From Alphaproteobacteria bacterium (GTDB taxonomy: Bacteria > Pseudomonadota > Alphaproteobacteria > UBA8317), in contig JAYPQH010000005.1 of NCBI GenBank assembly GCA_038131935.1, positions 27,827 through 91,826 of the forward strand: a DNA stretch of 64,000 nucleotides, read 5' to 3'. How positions within the stretch are numbered: position 1 is the first letter of the stretch; every line of letters begins with the position of its first letter. Under the pieces are notes generated by a model. The model made no database searches. It saw only the letters and a list, made by a program, of their open reading frames with translations, and was not told where the DNA came from. The position numbers and the translations under genes were made by a program. This document shows, piece by piece, positions 56,871-64,000 of the stretch.

Positions 56871-58210
56871 GATGTGGAGCATGATCCTCTCTTTTCACCT
56901 TTTTACTCCATTTTAGGGATATTCAGTTTTCACAACTTACATGGTTTTAGAGTGAACTGTGTTTAGGAATTTCTTTTCACCATCTGGATTAATGTCTATT
57001 TATGCTTTGGTGAAGTTTATTGCTGAATGGTTAGTGATAAAAATCCAGGAGCTCTGCCTGAACTAACAAAACTCTATGGGTAAGTGATAAATTTTATATC
57101 ACAAGCGCTACTTGTATCATTTACGGTAATATTTATTATCATATTTAATTTTGCTTCTTGGAACATTAAATATAAGAAAGGCATGTCAAAACTGGCATTA
57201 TAGACATAGGCCAGTTCGATAAACAATATAACCAAAAGAATTATTTCTATAAAATTGCCGCATTAACTTTAATTTTCACTTTTGTTTTTAATGGACTGAT
57301 GTTTCATTAGTCAACATAATCAACAGGAGGACCTACGCACTTTTAAATAATATCTCGAATCGATACCAGATGCCTCCGCAGGTTACGGTTTTTTTCTGTT
57401 AGCGTTTATTTTTATACAATATCTAACATTATATTTATTTTCAGTTTCCATATAAAAATACTAAGGTGATATCTTATTCTCATTGTTTCTTTTTTTTTTT
57501 ACAGGCATGTTTGTGCCATTTTTAATGGGTGGTCACAGCACCACGATTTTTTACTTTTTTGCTGCTTTGTTTATGTCCATTTTAGTGGAGACGAATTTAG
57601 AGTTACAATAAAATTTGTTTTAATCTTGGTACATTTACTGCTGGTGCAGTTTTTATGAGCGTGATGCGTATCCCCAACGCAAGCGCTGTTTTAAGCGGAG
57701 GGGTATCGGATTCTGCGTTCAGATTTTGGTTCACTTTTGTTGGTGCTTATTTCACATATGTAGTCCGGATGCTGTGATTATTTCCTATTTTTCAGAGAAT
57801 GATTTTGGGTTGGAAAATGGTTTTTCTTCCTTATTGTACGCATTTCTGCTGAGGGTATTATTTCCTGATAAACCGGTAATTGATAATTTGCATTTATGTT
57901 ATTGCGATGAGGTTATCGAAGGTACTTCCAATGAAGCCAAATGAGCTTCCTGAGCTATGGCTGGCCGAGTCTTACATGTCAGGTTATTGTTTATTGGAAG
58001 CAGGTTGATAGGGATTATTTATAGGCTATTTTTAACATGTTGTCTAATAAATATAATATTTTGTAAACTAATACAATCAAATTTCCAACCGCATTGGCTG
58101 CTACTTATATTGTTTTCATCGGTTCCGACAACCACTTTATCTCACGAGCATCGATATATTTAATTTTAGCTTTTATTTTGTAATCTTATTTATTAAGTAT
58201 ACACGCTCAT
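56870..58210 (+). CDS. Polytopic membrane protein, probable Wzy/O-antigen polymerase, heavily frameshifted
   Basis: Phe/Ile/Leu-rich fragments over about 1.3 kb; LRVLFPDKP; context only. Confidence 0.4.
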
Positions 58211-58429
58211 GAGGAAGAAATTTACCATAACGGGTCGTAGTTTAGAGGGTGCTTTTAAAAGACAGCATGGGCAATAAACCCATTTAAAAATTTTAGAGGC
58301 ATGTCAGAATAAATACTGGCTTTATTCTTTTGGAATTGACTTTCAAACTCTTTATTAGCTGAATGATATAAATATAATAGCAGTGTTCTGCAGTTTGTAA
58401 TTTTATGAAGCAAGCTTCTTGGTTTTTAA

Positions 58430-59575
58430 ATTAAATTTTCAAAAGGTAGATTTATACAGATGTAACTTTCATTCACGCACCTCGTTTCTGTTTACAAAAA
58501 AGGTGGAAGTTTATACTCGGTGGTATTGATAATGATTATCTTCAAGATTTGCAGATGCTGGTTATAAGAATATTTACTTAGTTTCGCGTTCCTTGAAATT
58601 GATGCTCATGACCTTACCTGAATACGAAAAAGTTAGAAAATATTAGAAGTTATTTTCTACAAAAATATACAGGTGGCTATGGTTTTGCTGTCCTCTCAGC
58701 CTTATAGAGACATTATGAAATGAGTAGGGAAGGAGCCCCTTTTAGTTATCAATCTTCCAAGTAGTACGGGCATTACATTACTACTACTTGCATATCTATT
58801 TAGGTTACCATTTGCTGTTGAAGTTGCTTGTAGATTCTGATACATACAGAGAAAAGAAATTTGGTTTGTTTGTACAATTAATTTCAAACTTTCTTGGTTG
58901 GCTCTGCATTAGGAAATGCTGTTGGTTCATTATATGCTGCTCAGTTCCTCAAAGATAGATGGGAATGCAAAATGGGCTTGTTCTGAGTAATGTTCATATT
59001 CCTGAACTGGGTAGAGCCTGAAGTTTCAATAATCACAAAACTCTTTACCGCGTAATAATCCGTGGGTGCTATTTCGTATAGGAAGGAATAGACGCTGTTA
59101 GATGAACTGAACCTTTTAGTAAATAAAAAATAGGAATTACACATTGTTGGGCCTACAATTGATCAGGGGATCAAAGAATCCATTGATAGGCTTATTGTTA
59201 AAGGAATTGGTATTAAGTGCCATGGCATCTTGAAAAAGTGCTGTGGTCGAATTGCTTGATACAGCAGACTTTATGTCTGCTTAGCCGCTCCAGAGGGGCT
59301 TCCCAAGGTCATTAATCGAAGCAATGGCTCTCGGGGGGTACTAGTTCTTTGTAATAAGTTAACAGTGTCCATGGCATCTTAGATAAAGAATCCCAGTTCA
59401 ATATCAGTCAGAAGGGTAATTTATTTGAAAAGGTTGATCTTAATAATTTCATCGCCAAACATACTTAGCGCTATGTCAAAGAACCCATTAAATATAGTAC
59501 AGGAATTCCTCACATGGATATTTGCAAAGAAAAAGAAAAAATTTCATAAATATTGTAGAGTTTTAATAAATAATT
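58430..59575 (+). CDS. Glycosyltransferase (GT4), heavily frameshifted
   Basis: SRSEGLPKV.IEAMA motif near 59283-59330; HIVG, VGAISYRK. Confidence 0.6.
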
Positions 59576-59627
59576 AATAAATATAAACGTATATTCTTAA
59601 ATCTCCTTGAAGGTAAAAAAAAATAAA

Positions 59628-60662
59628 TTGAAAGAACATAATAATAACACTCCAATGTAATAAGAAACTTTCTAGCAGTTTGCATTTTGTACCCATTGGA
59701 ATTCATCTAACAGGGTTACAATAGTGAATTAATAATATACAATTTAAGTGGTGTTGCAATTGAGAGTTTTTTTATTGTGAGTGGGTTTTTAGTTTTGGTG
59801 GAGTTTGATAATGAAAAAGTCTATAAGAATTTTTATGCAAAACGGTTCTTCAGAATTTTCCAAATATATTTTGTAATTCCTGTTGCAAGTTGTTATTTCT
59901 AATTTATTTTTCTAATGGGTCAATTGTTGAAAATATAAATTACTATATTTCCAAATCTACTTTTCTTAATTTTTGCGCCAAGCTCAGGTGATGTTTTTTC
60001 GAAATTAAATGGATGCCATAAATGGTAGTTTATGGACATTAAAGAATGAGGTATTGTTTTTTATCTCCTTGTCCCATTAATTTTTCATTTGAGACAACGT
60101 TTTGGAATCAGGAACATTATTTTCTTTATATGCTTTTCGATCAGCATATATGATTTTATTTTCAATACCTTCCTGCTGATTTAATTCATAATATACAATA
60201 TTTAATAAATGAGAAAATGCTTCTTGTTCTTTCCGGCACAATTACGGCTCTTTTTAACAGGCGTATTACTTTATGTTGTTTATTCACGCCTTACCTAAAA
60301 GAAAAAAAAGTTGAAATACGCTGCTTTGGCACTGGTTTTTATTATATTTTTCAGGGAGGTAGATATATTCAGAATTATAATTTATCCGGGTGGCTTTGGC
60401 TGTAGTTGTTCTATTCTTAGTATATCATGTTAGACTGATAGTTTGGAAACTAGACATATCTTATTCTTTCTATCTCGTACATTTTCCTCTTTATACAAGT
60501 CTGGTTAATATCTGGCAAAACCGTTTAGCGCCCCATTTTTTTCATTCTTTTTTTTTGTTTTTCTGTTACATTACTGCTATCAGTTTTGTTTCCATAGGTT
60601 CACTGAAAAGCCCATGGCTGAATATGGTAAATTTGTGTTCAAACGCAAGTAAAATGCGGTAG
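59628..60662 (+). CDS. Acyltransferase family 3 (membrane O-acyltransferase), frameshifted
   Basis: SGVAIESFFIVSGFL, FYAKRFFRIF, INGSLWTLKNEV, DISYSFYLVHFP. Confidence 0.72.
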
Positions 60663-60788
60663 CCTTGTTTTGGTGTAAAATCTTTATTTGGGTTTGTTTT
60701 GTGCGCCTGAGAAGAAAAGCCAGATAGCTTGGTGTTTCCTTTAATTTGGAAAAACTGATGAACCTAGAAATAATGTGAGGAGATATCT

Positions 60789-61770
60789 ATTGCGAAACTT
60801 CTTATTGTTGGCCCATCATTTTTCTCCTACACGAATGCAATAGCAGCAGAATTTTGGAAGCGTGGCGTTGAGTGCCATGTATTCAACGAAGTTCATTCGA
60901 AAGCTTGTTATGAAAAATTGCCTATCGGCTAAATTTACACTTCTCTCTCTTTCTAGCGCTGTGAGTAAGCATATAGAAATTTCTTCTATATAGTACAATC
61001 GATAAATTCAAATTAGCGATGTATTATTTATTTCGCCTGATGTATTGACGAGCGTCTTCATAAGAAGTAAAGAAAAGATCCGGTACATTTATATATGTGG
61101 GATGGTTTTGTAAATAAAGGAAGTGCTTGCCTTTTTTTATCATGGTTTGACACTAAGTCTAGCTTGATATGTTTGACTCGAAATGTATGACATGGTTTAC
61201 TTGCCATTATTTGCAGAACAGCAATACAATCAACATATTACAGAAAAAAATATGATATAAGTTTTTGTGGTACAAATGCACTCTGATCGAGCTTATTGGA
61301 TAGGATTTGTTATTGAAGTGCATGCCCGTACAAATCGACTTAAATTTGGGTATCTTTTGTATTATTATAGCCTCATATTATTGTTAATCCGTCTGTGTAT
61401 AAACAATTTCAGGTTTAATTTGTATGGTATGGTTGGATTTTGTCTCATGGGGATAAGAAACAGATAGCACAGTTTTTTCGTGAGAGCAGTGGTCGTTATT
61501 GATTTAACTCATCCTAGGCAAAATGGGCTTTACGTCAAGGACCTTTCGAAGCGTTAAGAACAGGGTCGAAATTAGCTACCAATAATCAAAACACTGAATT
61601 GCTCATGCGCTTATTCCCATCTCGAATTTTTATATTTAAACGATCAGATTTTGATAGTGATGGCATTTGTTGAATTTATCAATTTAAATATTGAGCCTAT
61701 CAATGCGGAGCAAGATTACTTGTCAGTGGTTCGTTTCGTAGATCAATTAACGGAGATCTTGAATGATTAA
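60789..61770 (+). CDS. Hypothetical polysaccharide biosynthesis protein (GT-B-like), frameshifted
   Basis: LYMWDG, DISFCGT.HSDR, IDLTHPRQNGLTSRTFEAL..GSKLATNN. Confidence 0.5.
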
Positions 61771-62887
61771 TATATTTCCCCACCTTCTATCGGAGAAAAT
61801 TCAATCAATGAACTTAAAAGAGTGTTTGATCTGAATTGGCTGGGCGAGGAGATTTAGTTTCTACTTGAGAGTTCTTTTGACAGATTTTACGTGTTGAGCA
61901 AAAATATTCACACATTAGCTTGGTGCAACAGATGCAATTTTTGGTGTTTTAGAGGTTGAGTTTTGAAGAGAGTAAAGATGAAGTTATTGTTCCCTCAATT
62001 TCTTTCCCCGCCGTTGCTAGCGCGCAATTGTTGAAGCTGATTGACCCCAGTAATTGTCGATGTTGATGCTTTGACAGGAACATTTGCTTGGATTCTGTTG
62101 CTAGTGTCGTCAATCTCTAAAACTGCAGCTGTTTTCATCACTCACTATGGTGGCATTCCAGTAGATGTGGGACAATTTGCGAAATCTAATTGGTGATACA
62201 TTTACATTTTAGAGGATGCAGCTTGGTGCATTTGGTACTTTGTGAAGGGCCAGCCTTGTGGTAATTTTTAGGAGACTTTGGTTGCTGGTCTTTGATGCGA
62301 TGAAATGCCTCGTTGCAGGAGGGGGCTTGTCATTTTCTGGAAATTCAGACATGGCGCGCCGCGCAAAGGAATACTTTTATTTGGGTCTGCCTGTATCCGG
62401 TAAAAGTGGATTGACAAGGCCTCTAGTGGTAACCGTTGGTGGAAGACACTTAGTTGCACAGGCCGGAGGTCAATGTTTACTAAATATAAAATGCTGCCAT
62501 TAAGGTCCCACAATTTCTGGATCTCCCAAAAACTTTTAAAAGAAGAGCTGAAATTCGGAATGCGTATTGCGAAGTATTAGATCGATAAGGAAAGTCTATG
62601 TTACTTCCCTGCAAAATGACAAAAATGTTGAATACTCAAATTATTTTTTCACTGTACTTACTCATCGAAGAGATCAATTAGCTGATTACTTAAAAAGAAA
62701 TGTGGTGTATATTGTACATTCCGATATTATCCCCTCCGAATCAAACAGCTTTTCTTAATGAATTTGCACAAAAATATGCTTGGAACTAAAAAATTTCTTC
62801 TGAGAATGCGCCCCAATATTCCAGTTCATCATAATTTGAATGATAAATGAGGTTGTTCTGATTTGTGATTTATTAAAACGCTTTTGA
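61763..62887 (+). CDS. DegT/DnrJ/EryC1/StrS sugar aminotransferase (second), frameshifted
   Basis: EVIVPSISFPAVASA, PVIVDVD, THYGGIP, LEDAA, GCWSFDAMK, NIPVHHNL. Confidence 0.78.
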
Positions 62888-62900
62888 ACGCTTTAGATGT

Positions 62901-64000
62901 TGACCTGAGCCCTTTAACTTCCTCCAAAATAAAGTAGAGTCCGTCAATAGATAGGAGACGGATTAATGAAGCGTAGTCGTTTTAGTGAAGAACAGATCAT
63001 AGGCATTTTGCGCGAGCAAGAAACGGGTCAAAAGACGGAAGATGTATGTCGCCGTCATGGGATCAGCGAGGCCACTTTTTACAAGTGGAAGTCCAAGTAT
63101 GGCGGGCTTGATGTATCAGAAGCAAAGCGTTTGAAGTCACTGGAGGACGAGAACACACGCTTGAAGAAGCTATTAGCAGAAGCAATGCTAGACAATGCGA
63201 TGTTGAAAGATGTTGCATCAAAAAAATGGTAACGCCTGCCGCCAAGCGTGAGGCAGTCAGCGCATCTACGTTGTGTATACGGGTGAGCGAGCGGCGGGCG
63301 TGGTGAAGTTCTAGGTGTAGATCGGAGCTCTGTCCGCTATCAGTCATGTCGGCCTAATGATGCCAAGATAAGGGAACGGCTCAGGGAGTTATCTCGGGAG
63401 CGTCGTCGATCTTGGATATCGTCGTTTGCATCTGTTGGCCTCGAGAGGGATTGAGATGAACCAGAAGTTAGGGGTTTCGGCGGCTTTATAGTGACGAGAA
63501 GTCGCATACGCCAACGCGGTGGCCGCAAGCGTGCCCCGACACGGGCGCCAATATTATCCTGCCAGATAGGTCTGGAAACCAGCGTTGGTCGCCAGACTTT
63601 GTGTCAGACGCTTTCACTGATGGTCGGCGGTTTCGTATTCTAGCTGTAGTCGATGACTTCAGCCGCGCGTGTTTAGCACTCGTAGCAGATACTTCTCTAT
63701 CAGGTACACGCGTTGCTCGTGAGCCAGATGCCCTCATCTGGCAGCGTGGCACAAAGCCAAACACAATTGTTAGTGATAATGAAACAGAACTAACAAGCAT
63801 GGCCATCCTGCGCTGACCCAGGAGAGATCTGTTAACTGGCATTATATTGCACCTGGCAAGCCCATGCAAAATGGGTTCGTAGAGAGTTTCAACGGAAAGC
63901 TCCGAGACGAATGCCTAAACGAAACCCCTTCACATCACTTTGGCAAGCCCTAGATAGGCTTGCCATCATTTCAACAATAAGACATTTTCAAACTCGAGAC
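62901..64000 (+). mobile_element. IS3-family insertion sequence (IS407-like), right end outside window
   Basis: Starts TGACCTG; orfA followed by A7 slippery run; orfB fragments [43 protein letters not shown]. Confidence 0.92.
62966..63232 (+). CDS. IS3 transposase OrfA
   Basis: MKRSRFSEEQIIGILRE..CRRHGISEATFYKWKSKYGG..LEDENTRLKKLLAE. Confidence 0.93.
   Translation: MKRSRFSEEQIIGILREQETGQKTEDVCRRHGISEATFYKWKSKYGGLDVSEAKRLKSLEDENTRLKKLLAEAMLDNAMLKDVASKKW

Noticed and set aside
45400-62900. Many short ORFs in the ORF track on both strands as small proteins
   Set aside because: They are fragments or antisense shadows of frameshifted biosynthetic genes

Overview
This window is bacterial chromosome; gene content best fits an alphaproteobacterium (inference). 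It has four zones. (1) 1-24.7 kb is a catabolic region: CoA-transferase, Opp/Dpp-type ABC importer, three SDRs, two ICL/PEP-mutase-family lyases flanking a lone leuC-like gene, HAD, EamA, OafA acyltransferase, thioesterase, a dgoK-dgoA-RraA-2-hydroxyacid dehydrogenase operon and a GMC oxidoreductase. Several orphan secreted Cys-rich ORFs are interspersed. (2) 25-38.7 kb holds a paralogous pair sharing an unrecognised six-Cys domain, a polysaccharide export module (giant SLBB/Wza-like protein, putative barrel, Wzz), and a ~1,290-codon cadherin/beta-helix surface lipoprotein with a (Gly-Tyr)n tract, followed by a putative OM barrel and a Pro/Thr/Val-rich protein. (3) tRNA-Arg(ACG) is followed by a block of secreted proteins: a Cys-rich/coiled-coil protein, a prokaryotic-type phospholipase A2 and a class 3 lipase. 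This block is my best candidate for an undescribed system. (4) 44-64 kb contains an EPS-associated MarR regulator, an AT-rich O-antigen/capsule cluster (wbpA fragment, wbpB/D/E, rmlB/A/C, wzx, HisH/HisF/WbpG amidotransferase, GTs, wzy-like, acyltransferase, aminotransferase) and an IS3 element running off the end. Frameshifts are sporadic before the tRNA and very dense after it, most likely long-read consensus errors. Gene calls past 39 kb are manual reconstructions from motif fragments, with approximate boundaries.
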